Positions 1 through 8,562 of a stretch of DNA of 64,000 bases are shown in pieces (position 1 is the stretch's first letter; every line of letters begins with the position of its first letter). The notes beneath the pieces were generated by a model. It ran no database searches. It had not been told where the DNA came from and was given only the letters and a program-made list of their open reading frames with translations. The stretch comes from Candidatus Omnitrophota bacterium (GTDB lineage: Bacteria > Omnitrophota > Gorgyraeia > Zapsychrales > Fredricksoniimonadaceae). Location: NCBI GenBank assembly GCA_903861305.1, contig CAIOTT010000049.1:4265-68264 (forward strand), read 5' to 3'. The position numbers and the translations under genes are program-made.

Positions 1-225
1 AATTTGCGATTCGACGGGGATCTCAAGATCATTGATGCCAGGGGCCAAATGCTTGAGGAGGTGCCGTTGCAAAAGATCATTGTATTTACGAAGAATTCGC
101 GTATCTTAAAGATAAAGCTGAGCAAGGTGGCCGATCCCGGGAATTATATTGCAAGGATAAATTTTAAATCATCAGAGGAACATTCAAAGGCTGGCATAGC
201 TTATGAAGCTAAGTTCACCTTATGA
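1..225 (+). CDS. 3' end of an upstream ORF (partial, function unknown)
   Basis: Frame 1 is open from the window edge to TGA at 223-225. The track start at 4 is an internal TTG. No recognisable motif. Confidence 0.4.
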   Translation, partial: NLRFDGDLKIIDARGQMLEEVPLQKIIVFTKNSRILKIKLSKVADPGNYIARINFKSSEEHSKAGIAYEAKFTL

Positions 226-3200
226 AAAGTATGCGAATTTAAGATTATTCTTCATCATCAATTTTTTAACACTGCTGCTGGCATCCGCCTGTGCCGCGGC
301 AGAGAACAAGCCTGCCTCCAAAGAAGAGAACACCTGGGAGATCCCCGCCAAAGGGGGAACGGTGTCCACCAGCATCGCCGCGTTCCAGTTCCAGGGACGC
401 CGGCCGAGCCAGCAACTCAATATCACCGATCTTGATATTTATATTTCAGATAAAAAGAAAAGGCTGGTCCCTTTGCTGCGGATCCTCCGGGCCATCAAAG
501 CCTCTGGCACGATCAAGGATAACACGGTCAGTTTTAAGTTCGAGAAGATGGGATCCGGGTCGATCGATATCTCCCAGAAGATCCTTGAAGCCGGAGGTAA
601 GAATATCCCCATTGATATTGTCAGCGGGATATCCGACATGACGCGGATGGGCGAGATCTATGTGTCGGAAGAGATCCTGAGCGAGGGGCTGGGCCTGAAG
701 TATGTGTGGGATGATGAACTGTTCCAGTATTCCATCAAGACCGACCAGGAGCTCGATCTTTTTAAAAGGGACGACAAGTATGGCAGCAGCTTGTTCGTCG
801 CGGATGTGAAGGAGGTTGCCGAGCCTTTGCTGGAGACCGAGCCTCTGGCCCAGCCGGGGAAAAAATCATTCTTACAGTATATGCAGATCGAATCGCGCAC
901 GGATGTTGACCAGCGCTGGCAAAACCGGACCCGCCAGCAAACGATCTATGAAGTGCCGGCGCTGACCGCATGGGGCAACGCGTTCAACGGGGATTACCAG
1001 GTTAAACTCCAGAACAGGTTCCAGTATCCGAACACGGAATTCCCGGGGATGTTCAATTATATCGACCGTGCGTTCTGGACCTCCAGAAGGGACGACCTTC
1101 TGGTCCAGGTGGGAGATACCAACCTGGGATTGAACGATATTGTGGCCCCCTCGGCCAGCATCCTGGGGATGAATTTCAAATGGTTCCCGCTGGCCGCGAA
1201 GAATAAAAGTGTGGGCGACGCGTTCTTTAACAGTTACAGGTCAAGTTTCCTTTCGGTCGGGGTCTTTGACGGCAAGGCACCGATGGGGGCCACCGTGGAA
1301 TTATGGGTGAACAATCGTCTGCTGGCGACAGATACGATCGACGAACGGCATAATCCAGAACAAGGGTATGGCTATTACAAGTTCGAGGGCATTGGCCTGA
1401 TGGACCAGTCCATGAACGATGTCAGGATCGTGGTCAAACGCACCGACGGGAAGATCGAAGAGGTGCATAAGGAAGTGCTGGGGGTCAACCAGCTCCTGCC
1501 GGCCGGGCAGATGAGCGTTACCGGCGGCGCCGGCACCCAAAAGCAGATGGTCGACGGGCAGGTGACCGCGCGGGGAAAGATCGCCGGCGCGGAGGTGCTC
1601 TACGGGCTGTCCAACAAGCTGACCGCCGGATTCTCCCTGGCCACGCAGGATAAATTCGCTCAATTAAAAGATGATCTGGGCAATTATTACGCGGGGAGCC
1701 AGCAGTATTTTCTTTCCCAGGAGGCGCGGTGGCAGGCATCCAGCAACCTGTTCTTTAAACAGATCGTCGGGATGAGCATGGAGCCGGACACGAACCGCAA
1801 GGCTGTGGCTTCCATCTATGATATGGAATACTATTTCAGGCAGGCAAAAGGGAAGGTTACTTCCCAGCTATTCTCCTTTGCTCCGGGATATTCCAACGGG
1901 ATCAATTCGATTGCGGACCGCCAGGGGTACAATTTGATCGGCAGGTATGAGCTCAATAAACAGGTCAACCTTAAAACAGGCCTTTTGCATATCAGCAATA
2001 ACCTGAATAAGAGCCTGGCGGTCACGGAAAGGGAAGATTTCCTGACATATGGCGTTAACATCCTGCAGTTCATCCCCAGATCCAGTTTGGGCCTGCTGGC
2101 CGGGCGTATGGACAGGGTGGATAGTTCTGCAAAGATGATCAAGGGGGATATCTTCAGCGCGGACCTGAGGAGCCGCCTGACGCGCAAACTTAATTCACAG
2201 CTCCAGTATACGCTTGGGAAGAATGTGGACACGTTGTCTTCCAGCAACCTTAAATACGGGCTGCCTGTGGAAGGCGCGGGTTACTTTTATAATTACGGCT
2301 GGACACTGTCGGCCGATTACGCGTTGACGGATAACCATACGTTGTCGGGCAGTATGTATCGATCGAATTACAGGCGGGCTGTTGAGCTGAATTCATATTA
2401 TAACCACCAGGGAGGATGGCCCTGGCGCTCTCGTTTTCAGGTCAACAGGGACCTGATCACTTTCCGGCATACCTTCCATGAGTACCTTGATTTTAATATG
2501 GACAAGAACGGCTACAACAAATGGGGGATCAAGGCGGGTTATGAAGAAGAAGGGCGTAATTTTGACATTGGGTTTTATGTCACGATCAAGGATTTTTATT
2601 TCTTCAATAAGGGGAAATTCAAGAAAGCCTCGCTGAAAGGCATGTCGCCTGAACGTGGCGCTATCGACGGGATGGTCTATCTGGACCTCAACTGCAACGG
2701 GCACCGTGATGCGAAGGAGCCGCCGGTGCCGGATATCGATATCATGGTTGACGGCAAGCCGACAGGCAAGTCCGGGAAAGACGGAGGGTTTGTAGTACCG
2801 CGCCGGGGGCAGAAGGAAACGGTGAGCGTCAGCCTTGATCGGGCCGCGCTGCCTGCCATTTATGTCCCGACCCAGGGGGCCCAGCAGGCCAACTGGCAGG
2901 AGGGAAAACTGACCAGTGTAAATCTGGGGGTTTTTGTCCCGGGTTCTGTATCAGGGGCGCTGAAGGCTGTGCAGGAAGGCGGAGCGTTGATGGCGGTCAC
3001 CGGCGCCAGGGTCCTGCTCCTGGAGAAAGACGGCAAGACCATTGCCTATGATTCCGTGACGGCGGATGACGGGTCATTTTATATCGGGCAGATCAAACCG
3101 GGGCAGTATTATCTTTCGGTAGATACGGCCACGATCGAAGAGCGTTACAAGAACAGCGTCCCGCAGCAGGCGATCACGATCAAGACAGGGTTAAAGCCGC

Positions 3201-3238
3201 ATGACATAGAGAACCTCGATATCACCCTCAAGCCATGA
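203..3238 (+). CDS. Large secreted or outer-membrane-associated protein with C-terminal Ig-like (Cna-B/SdrD-B and CarboxypepD_reg-like) domains; function unknown
   Basis: 1011-aa ORF with an N-terminal hydrophobic signal-like segment (LRLFFIINFLTLLLASACAAA). The long middle region has beta-strand-like alternating segments. C-terminal repeats include YLDLNCNGHRDAKEPPVPDIDIMVDG..DGGFVV and VLLLEKDGKTIAYDSVTADDGSFYIGQIKPGQYYLSV. Confidence 0.6.
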   Translation: MKLSSPYEKYANLRLFFIINFLTLLLASACAAAENKPASKEENTWEIPAKGGTVSTSIAAFQFQGRRPSQQLNITDLDIYISDKKKRLVPLLRILRAIKASGTIKDNTVSFKFEKMGSGSIDISQKILEAGGKNIPIDIVSGISDMTRMGEIYVSEEILSEGLGLKYVWDDELFQYSIKTDQELDLFKRDDKYGSSLFVADVKEVAEPLLETEPLAQPGKKSFLQYMQIESRTDVDQRWQNRTRQQTIYEVPALTAWGNAFNGDYQVKLQNRFQYPNTEFPGMFNYIDRAFWTSRRDDLLVQVGDTNLGLNDIVAPSASILGMNFKWFPLAAKNKSVGDAFFNSYRSSFLSVGVFDGKAPMGATVELWVNNRLLATDTIDERHNPEQGYGYYKFEGIGLMDQSMNDVRIVVKRTDGKIEEVHKEVLGVNQLLPAGQMSVTGGAGTQKQMVDGQVTARGKIAGAEVLYGLSNKLTAGFSLATQDKFAQLKDDLGNYYAGSQQYFLSQEARWQASSNLFFKQIVGMSMEPDTNRKAVASIYDMEYYFRQAKGKVTSQLFSFAPGYSNGINSIADRQGYNLIGRYELNKQVNLKTGLLHISNNLNKSLAVTEREDFLTYGVNILQFIPRSSLGLLAGRMDRVDSSAKMIKGDIFSADLRSRLTRKLNSQLQYTLGKNVDTLSSSNLKYGLPVEGAGYFYNYGWTLSADYALTDNHTLSGSMYRSNYRRAVELNSYYNHQGGWPWRSRFQVNRDLITFRHTFHEYLDFNMDKNGYNKWGIKAGYEEEGRNFDIGFYVTIKDFYFFNKGKFKKASLKGMSPERGAIDGMVYLDLNCNGHRDAKEPPVPDIDIMVDGKPTGKSGKDGGFVVPRRGQKETVSVSLDRAALPAIYVPTQGAQQANWQEGKLTSVNLGVFVPGSVSGALKAVQEGGALMAVTGARVLLLEKDGKTIAYDSVTADDGSFYIGQIKPGQYYLSVDTATIEERYKNSVPQQAITIKTGLKPHDIENLDITLKP

Positions 3239-3354
3239 CCTTGGTGCTAAATATTTACCCTTGGTGTGCCGCGTGTATACTTTTTCCTGTTTTTGTTGAA
3301 TTTGATGGTAAATTATCTACAATAACTGGTAATAACCTAACTAGACTGGTGAAT

Positions 3355-4140
3355 ATGATCAGGAATATACTTTTAGCGGAAGATGACAGAGGGACCGCGC
3401 TTTTGACCAAGACCCAGCTCGAGCGTTATGGATATCAGGTCCATTCGGTCGGCAACGGGGCTGAGGCGCTCGAGATCCTCCAGGACGAGCGGGTGGACCT
3501 TATCGTGACGGACGTTGTCATGCCTGAGATGGACGGTGTCGATCTTTATATGGCCCTCAAGCAAGACAAGTACCTGGCCAATATCCCTGTCATCATTGTA
3601 ACGGACAAGGCGACCTTCCTTGAGGCTTTTTCCGCTTTAGGGGTGAATCATTTTCTGCCCAAGGCCTCTGACATCAAGGATCTGATCGAGAAGATAAAAA
3701 CGATCGATTCCCAGGAGCCGGACCAAAAGCCTCTGTTCAAGGTCCTTATCTGCGGCGAGAACGACACGGTCGTGAAACAGATGAAGGTCGCCCTGCAGCG
3801 CAAGGGGTGTCTTGTTGTTGTTACGGAGAATTCTCCGGATGTGATCCCCAAAGCCATTGAAATGACCCCGCATCTCATTATCCTGGATGCCATGATGAAG
3901 AAGCATATGACCATCCAGGAACTGGTCCGTGCGCTCAGGGCGTTCGAAACCCTTCGGCGCAGCTCGATCCTGTCGTACGTGGATTTTGATCCTGACACCG
4001 TCCGGATCCAATCCGGCATGATGGATGTCATCGAGGGGCAGGTCAAGGCGAGCCTTGAGGCGGGTGCCGACAAATATATCGGACGCTACAACCGGCTCAC
4101 GTTCCTTGACCAGCTTAAGGATTTTGCGTTTTCCGAATAA
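3355..4140 (+). CDS. Response regulator with two tandem receiver domains and no recognisable output domain
   Basis: NILLAEDD..DLIVTDVVMPEMDG..K is a canonical REC. A second REC-like half follows (KVLICGEND..LIILDAMM). The internal ATG at 3355 is preferred over the track start at 3235, whose N-terminus has no homology-like features. Confidence 0.8.
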   Translation: MIRNILLAEDDRGTALLTKTQLERYGYQVHSVGNGAEALEILQDERVDLIVTDVVMPEMDGVDLYMALKQDKYLANIPVIIVTDKATFLEAFSALGVNHFLPKASDIKDLIEKIKTIDSQEPDQKPLFKVLICGENDTVVKQMKVALQRKGCLVVVTENSPDVIPKAIEMTPHLIILDAMMKKHMTIQELVRALRAFETLRRSSILSYVDFDPDTVRIQSGMMDVIEGQVKASLEAGADKYIGRYNRLTFLDQLKDFAFSE

Positions 4141-4214
4141 TGTGCTGCGATCTTTCAGCTATGGTTTTGGAGTGACCATCCTTATTTCCAGTACCAGCAC
4201 AATTTTTTATTGAA

Positions 4215-4247
4215 AAAGACCTTCATCCCGTACGGGAGGAGGTCTTT
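4215..4247 (+). terminator. Possible hairpin terminator downstream of the response regulator
   Basis: AAAGACCT (4215-4222) pairs with AGGTCTTT (4240-4247), with an inner CCCG-TA-CGGG stem. It is followed only by a weak T-rich stretch (TTTCCTGTGTT). Confidence 0.3.
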
Positions 4248-4400
4248 CCTGTGTTCGGGATCATTGTTTCCGGCGATCATCGTTCACATCCTGACAAATC
4301 TTGCCGGGTTGCTGATGATCATGCGGGCGCGCGGTTAGCGTAAAGTTCCTTCGCGGGACGGGTGCGGGTGTAGTAAAATAAAAAAACACAGCAGGGGTTC

Positions 4401-4856
4401 ATGGGGAACCGGATGATGAAGCCGTTAAAAATAAAAGAGGTCCTGCTGGCGCTGGCCATCATTCTCATGGGTATCGCGGGCAGTGAGGCCATTTGTTTTG
4501 AGTTCGTGCATTTTTTTCCGCAGGAAGGGTCCCGTATCATTTATATGCTGGCATTCCTGGAGCCTGTATTTGCTATCATTATTTCGATGTCCGGGTTTTT
4601 TATTTTGCGCCAGCGCCTCGTGGTAAGCCGGGAGGCTTTGCGCGAGCGCAATGAAGCGTTGCAAAAGGCGTTAAAGGAAAAACAGGAACTTGGCGGTTTG
4701 CTTCCCATGTGCCCGGTCTGCAAGAAGGTCCGTGACGATGCGGGTTACTGGAAGCATATCGAGGAGTTTGTCGAGGCCCGTTCCAAGGCGCGTTTTACGC
4801 ATGGGATCTGTGAGGAATGCCTGTCGCAGATCGAACAGGAGGGTGACGTCGCATGA
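4401..4856 (+). CDS. Small membrane protein with coiled coil and a C-terminal CxxC-x29-CxxC module (paralog 1)
   Basis: Hydrophobic N-terminal helices are followed by a charged helix (RERNEALQKALKEKQEL), then LLPMCPVCKKVRDDAGYWKHIEEFVEARSKARFTHGICEEC. Confidence 0.7.
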   Translation: MGNRMMKPLKIKEVLLALAIILMGIAGSEAICFEFVHFFPQEGSRIIYMLAFLEPVFAIIISMSGFFILRQRLVVSREALRERNEALQKALKEKQELGGLLPMCPVCKKVRDDAGYWKHIEEFVEARSKARFTHGICEECLSQIEQEGDVA

Positions 4857-5449
4857 GGGTTCTGTGGACTTTCGCGCTGCGGCTCATCATGTATTTCAGC
4901 GTTCTTGTAGAAGGGGGCCTTGTTTTCGGGTTTGACCCCTTCACGCCGTTGCGGCTGGCGGGTTTTGTGCTGCTGGCGTTCATGTGGGCTGCGATGCTCG
5001 GCGTTTTTGAGGACAAGGCCAGGCAGATCACCGGCTTGCACAGGGACACCCTCGCGTTGACGACCGGCGTGGTGTCCGGCGTCTGCGTCGTCAATTCGGC
5101 CGTTTTCTTGATACTTTTCAAGAGCGCCGCTGTCCTGGACGTGATCCTGGTGACAGTGGTCTGCAGTGGTTCGCTGGGGGTGCTGATCCTTTTCATCATG
5201 AAGGGCTTGCTTGGAAAGATCGAAAATGAAGAGCGGCAGCTGCGCGATGTCAACCAGCGCCTGGAACAAACGCTGGAAGACATAGACGAATTAAGCGGGA
5301 TACTGCCGATCTGCGCGTGGTGCAGGAAAATGCGCAGCGACAGCGGCTATTGGATGCAGATCGAAAAATATCTTGAGACCCATGCGAAAGCGCAGGTGAT
5401 GAGCAGCCTGTGCCATGAGTGCGAAAGAAAAAGCCATCAGGAGGCATGA
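4853..5449 (+). CDS. Membrane protein with coiled coil and a C-terminal CxxC-x29-CxxC module (paralog 2)
   Basis: 4-nt overlap with the previous gene. Several TM-like helices and a coiled coil (ENEERQLRDVNQRLEQTLEDIDEL) precede ILPICAWCRKMRSDSGYWMQIEKYLETHAKAQVMSSLCHEC. Confidence 0.7.
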   Translation: MRVLWTFALRLIMYFSVLVEGGLVFGFDPFTPLRLAGFVLLAFMWAAMLGVFEDKARQITGLHRDTLALTTGVVSGVCVVNSAVFLILFKSAAVLDVILVTVVCSGSLGVLILFIMKGLLGKIENEERQLRDVNQRLEQTLEDIDELSGILPICAWCRKMRSDSGYWMQIEKYLETHAKAQVMSSLCHECERKSHQEA

Positions 5450-5452
5450 CCC

Positions 5453-5653
5453 ATGACCAGCGGATCGACGTCGATCGATGACATCCTTAAAGCCCGCGGC
5501 CTGGACAACGGCGACCTTGTCAAGGCGTCCACCGAGCAGCTTACCTTCAAACAGGTGCAGAAAGCGCGGAGTGGCCGCCCTGTGTCGGCCAATATTCAGG
5601 GCAAGATCGCGCGGGCGTTGAAGGCGTGCGGCGGCGACAAGAAGCCCGCATGA
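5453..5653 (+). CDS. Small protein, possibly a degenerate XRE-like helix-turn-helix
   Basis: 66-aa ORF starting 3 nt after the previous stop. The pattern ILKARGLDNGDLVKAS..TFKQVQKARSGRPVS..IARAL resembles a Cro/C1-type HTH. Assignment is weak. Confidence 0.4.
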   Translation: MTSGSTSIDDILKARGLDNGDLVKASTEQLTFKQVQKARSGRPVSANIQGKIARALKACGGDKKPA

Positions 5654-6255
5654 ACCATCCCTGTTTCACGCACTTAAGGCGCCAGATCGACACGGCGATC
5701 ACCTGGAATGACCTGGACGATGCCCGGCGGCGGATCGCTGAAGGCCTGCGGCTTGCGCAGGAAAAAGAATGTCCGGGCGAGCTGATGTATTTTCGCGCCC
5801 AGGCGGCGATCGTGGACGGGTGTTTTGCCGAGGCGCTTGATTGGCTGCAGCGCGCGTTGACGTTCAACCCGCAGGACGGGGCGGCTTACAACGACATCGC
5901 GCTGTGCCTGGTCGAGCAGGGGCGTATCGACGGGATCGTCGAGATATTTGACAAGGGGATAGCGGTGGAGCCCGGCTACGCGACGATCCATCACAACAAG
6001 GGGTGGTTCCTCAACAAGATCGGAAAGCCTTCCGCAGCACTCGCTTGTTTTGAACAGGCACTGGCGCTGGAACCGCGGCGCGTGGTCACCTGGGAGAACA
6101 TGGCCGACGCTTATGAAGAGCTGGGGCGGGTCCCGGAAGCCCTTGGGGCGTACCGCAACGCGCTGGCTTTTTTTGATGGGCCTGCCACGGGGATCAGGGA
6201 ACAGCTTCAGGCCGAGATAGCGCGGCTTGAACTCAAAGAGAGCAGGAAAGAATGA
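5650..6255 (+). CDS. TPR repeat protein
   Basis: ATG at 5650 overlaps the upstream stop (ATGA). Repeated A..Y...A/G..L motifs occur (ALTFNPQDGAAYNDIALCL, AVEPGYATIHHNKGWFL, ALALEPRRVVTWENMADAY). Confidence 0.75.
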   Translation: MNHPCFTHLRRQIDTAITWNDLDDARRRIAEGLRLAQEKECPGELMYFRAQAAIVDGCFAEALDWLQRALTFNPQDGAAYNDIALCLVEQGRIDGIVEIFDKGIAVEPGYATIHHNKGWFLNKIGKPSAALACFEQALALEPRRVVTWENMADAYEELGRVPEALGAYRNALAFFDGPATGIREQLQAEIARLELKESRKE

Positions 6256-7067
6256 TGAGCGTTGAAGGCGCGGGGGGAAAGAAGCATCCTTTGCTGGAAT
6301 TCAGTGATATAACGGTCGTCCGTGGCGCCCGCAGGAAAATATTGGATGGCATATCCCTCAAGATCCATGAGGGAGAGAATCTGGCCATACTGGGGCCGAA
6401 CGGGGCCGGTAAATCGTCCTTGATCAAGATCATCACCCGGGAATATTATCCGCTGCCGGGAAAAAAAGACCCTTCCTTCAGGATCCTGGGCCAGGACAGG
6501 TGGGATGTGTCCGACCTGCGCCGCTTGCTCGGCATCGTTTCCAATGACCTGCAAGCCACGTTCAACCGGGATATCACGGGCCTGGAGGTGGTGTTGTCGG
6601 GGTTTTTCAGCAGCGTGGGGCTGTTCCGCGAGCGGCCGGGGCCAGGGATGAAAAAGAAGGCGGCCCGGATCATGGCATTCCTGGAGATAGAGCATCTTCA
6701 GGACAGGAAAATGAACACCCTTTCCACGGGCGAGGCCCGGCGTTTCCTGATCGGACGGGCTTTGGTCCATGACCCGAGAGCGCTTGTCCTGGATGAACCG
6801 ATGAACGGGCTTGACCTTCACGCGCTGCACAGGATCAACACGGTCCTGCGCAAGATCACGGCGGCGGGGACGAGCATCATCATGGTGACGCATGACCTCT
6901 CCGACATCATCCCGGAGATAAGCAGGGTCATTTTGATGAAGAACGGAAAATTCTTCAAGGACGGCCCGACAGAGGATGTCCTGACGGATAAAAATATCAG
7001 CGCCTTGTTCGCGACGGCCGTTAAGATAGAAAAGAACCGGGGTTATTATTACGTTTTAAGGGCGTGA
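6252..7067 (+). CDS. Stand-alone ABC-type ATPase (ModF/YlmA-like) with no adjacent permease
   Basis: Walker A GPNGAGKSS, signature-like LSTGEARR and Walker B LVLDEP. 4-nt overlap with the TPR gene. Confidence 0.8.
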   Translation: MMSVEGAGGKKHPLLEFSDITVVRGARRKILDGISLKIHEGENLAILGPNGAGKSSLIKIITREYYPLPGKKDPSFRILGQDRWDVSDLRRLLGIVSNDLQATFNRDITGLEVVLSGFFSSVGLFRERPGPGMKKKAARIMAFLEIEHLQDRKMNTLSTGEARRFLIGRALVHDPRALVLDEPMNGLDLHALHRINTVLRKITAAGTSIIMVTHDLSDIIPEISRVILMKNGKFFKDGPTEDVLTDKNISALFATAVKIEKNRGYYYVLRA

Positions 7068-7130
7068 AGCCCCGGGGACGCGCGTGTTCCCGCGCCGCAG
7101 GTCCTTGTTCAACCATAGAGTTCCCTTCAT

Positions 7131-8561
7131 ATGCTGTTCAATTCTTTCCAGTTCGCCGGGTTTTTTGTAATTGTTTATCTTCTTTATCTGGTCCTCAATT
7201 ACAGATGGCAGAACAGGATGCTGCTCGTGGCCAGCTGCATTTTTTACGCCTGCTGGGACTGGCGGTTCCTTTTTCTTCTGTTCGCCAGCATCAGTGTCGA
7301 CTTTTTTTGCGCCAGGAAGATCCATGCGTCGGATGATGCCAGGACCCGCAAGAATTTCCTGATCCTCAGCGTGGCGGTGAACGCCTCCGCGCTGGCGTTC
7401 TTCAAGTACTTCAACTTTTTTATCCAGAACTTCCAGGCCTTCTGCGCGCACATCGGGATCAACCTGCCGATCCACGCGCTGAACATCATTTTACCTTTGG
7501 GGATATCGTTTTATACCTTCGAAGCCATCAGCTATGTCTGGGACGTTTACCGCCGCAAGATGGCGCCGACCCCGCGTTTCGCGGACTACGCCCTTTTCGT
7601 GACCTACTTCCCGCATCTTATCGCGGGCCCGATCATGCGGGCCAAGGACCTTTTGCCGCAGATCTGCGCACCGCGCAAATTGAGCCGCGAGTTGTTCTTT
7701 GAAGGCGTTTATTTCATTACCTGGGGGCTGTTCGAGAAGGTCGTCATCGCCGACAATCTGGCCGGCATTGTCAATCCGGTCTTTGCCGGAGGGCCTCCTT
7801 ACGCCGGGGCAGAGGTCCTGTTCGCCTTGTACGCGTTCGCGTTCCAGATATTCTGCGACTTCGACGGTTATTCCAATATGGCCCGCGGCCTGGGCAAGTG
7901 CATGGGGTTTGATATCATGTTCAATTTCGATCTCCCCTATTTTGCCACAAATCCGCGCGAATTCTGGCAGCGCTGGCACATCAGCCTGTCGACCTGGCTG
8001 AGGGATTATCTGTATATTCCACTCGGCGGCAACAAGAACGGGGCCGTGCAAATGTACCGGAACCTTTCGGTGACCATGCTCCTGGGCGGGTTGTGGCACG
8101 GTGCGTCCTGGACTTTTGTCCTCTGGGGTTTTTATCAGGGAACACTTTTGGTCATCCATCGGGCCTTTTCACCCTGGCTGGCCATGATCATGCCCAACCC
8201 GCGGACCGGCCTGCGGCAGGTATGGCACGCGTTAAGGATCATTTTTTTCTTTCACGTGGTTTGCCTGGGCTGGTTGTTTTTCAGGGCGCAATCGCTACCC
8301 CAGATCATTCAGATGCTTCAGGCGCTGGGCGGCATGTTCCATACGTTCCAGGCAGCGGCCTTTATTGGCGGCGGCGTCCAGTTGCTGCAGGTCATATGGT
8401 TCCTGCTGATCTTCCAGGCCGTTCAATTCGTGAAGAAAGACAGGGTGTTCATCCTGAAAGAGCACTGGCTCCTTCAGGGCGTGGTTTACGGCCTGATCGT
8501 CGTATTTATCATGGTGCTGGGAGCGAACAGCGGAAAGGAATTTATTTATTTTCAGTTCTAA
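7131..8561 (+). CDS. MBOAT family membrane O-acyltransferase (AlgI/DltB-like)
   Basis: N-terminus MLFNSFQFAGFF is typical of AlgI/DltB. It is polytopic and has the conserved His region WHISLSTWLRDYLYIPLGG. Confidence 0.9.
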   Translation: MLFNSFQFAGFFVIVYLLYLVLNYRWQNRMLLVASCIFYACWDWRFLFLLFASISVDFFCARKIHASDDARTRKNFLILSVAVNASALAFFKYFNFFIQNFQAFCAHIGINLPIHALNIILPLGISFYTFEAISYVWDVYRRKMAPTPRFADYALFVTYFPHLIAGPIMRAKDLLPQICAPRKLSRELFFEGVYFITWGLFEKVVIADNLAGIVNPVFAGGPPYAGAEVLFALYAFAFQIFCDFDGYSNMARGLGKCMGFDIMFNFDLPYFATNPREFWQRWHISLSTWLRDYLYIPLGGNKNGAVQMYRNLSVTMLLGGLWHGASWTFVLWGFYQGTLLVIHRAFSPWLAMIMPNPRTGLRQVWHALRIIFFFHVVCLGWLFFRAQSLPQIIQMLQALGGMFHTFQAAAFIGGGVQLLQVIWFLLIFQAVQFVKKDRVFILKEHWLLQGVVYGLIVVFIMVLGANSGKEFIYFQF

Positions 8562-8562
8562 C

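Noticed and set aside
3235-3354. N-terminal extensions suggested by the ORF track, at 3235, 21126, 30586, 45407, 51404, 59918, 60915, 23663, 5626, 10597 and 11253.
   Set aside because: The extensions overlap the preceding gene by tens of nt or add non-homologous Arg/Gly-rich or hydrophobic sequence. Internal ATGs with SD-like purine runs, immediately after or overlapping the upstream stop, give N-termini typical of the families.
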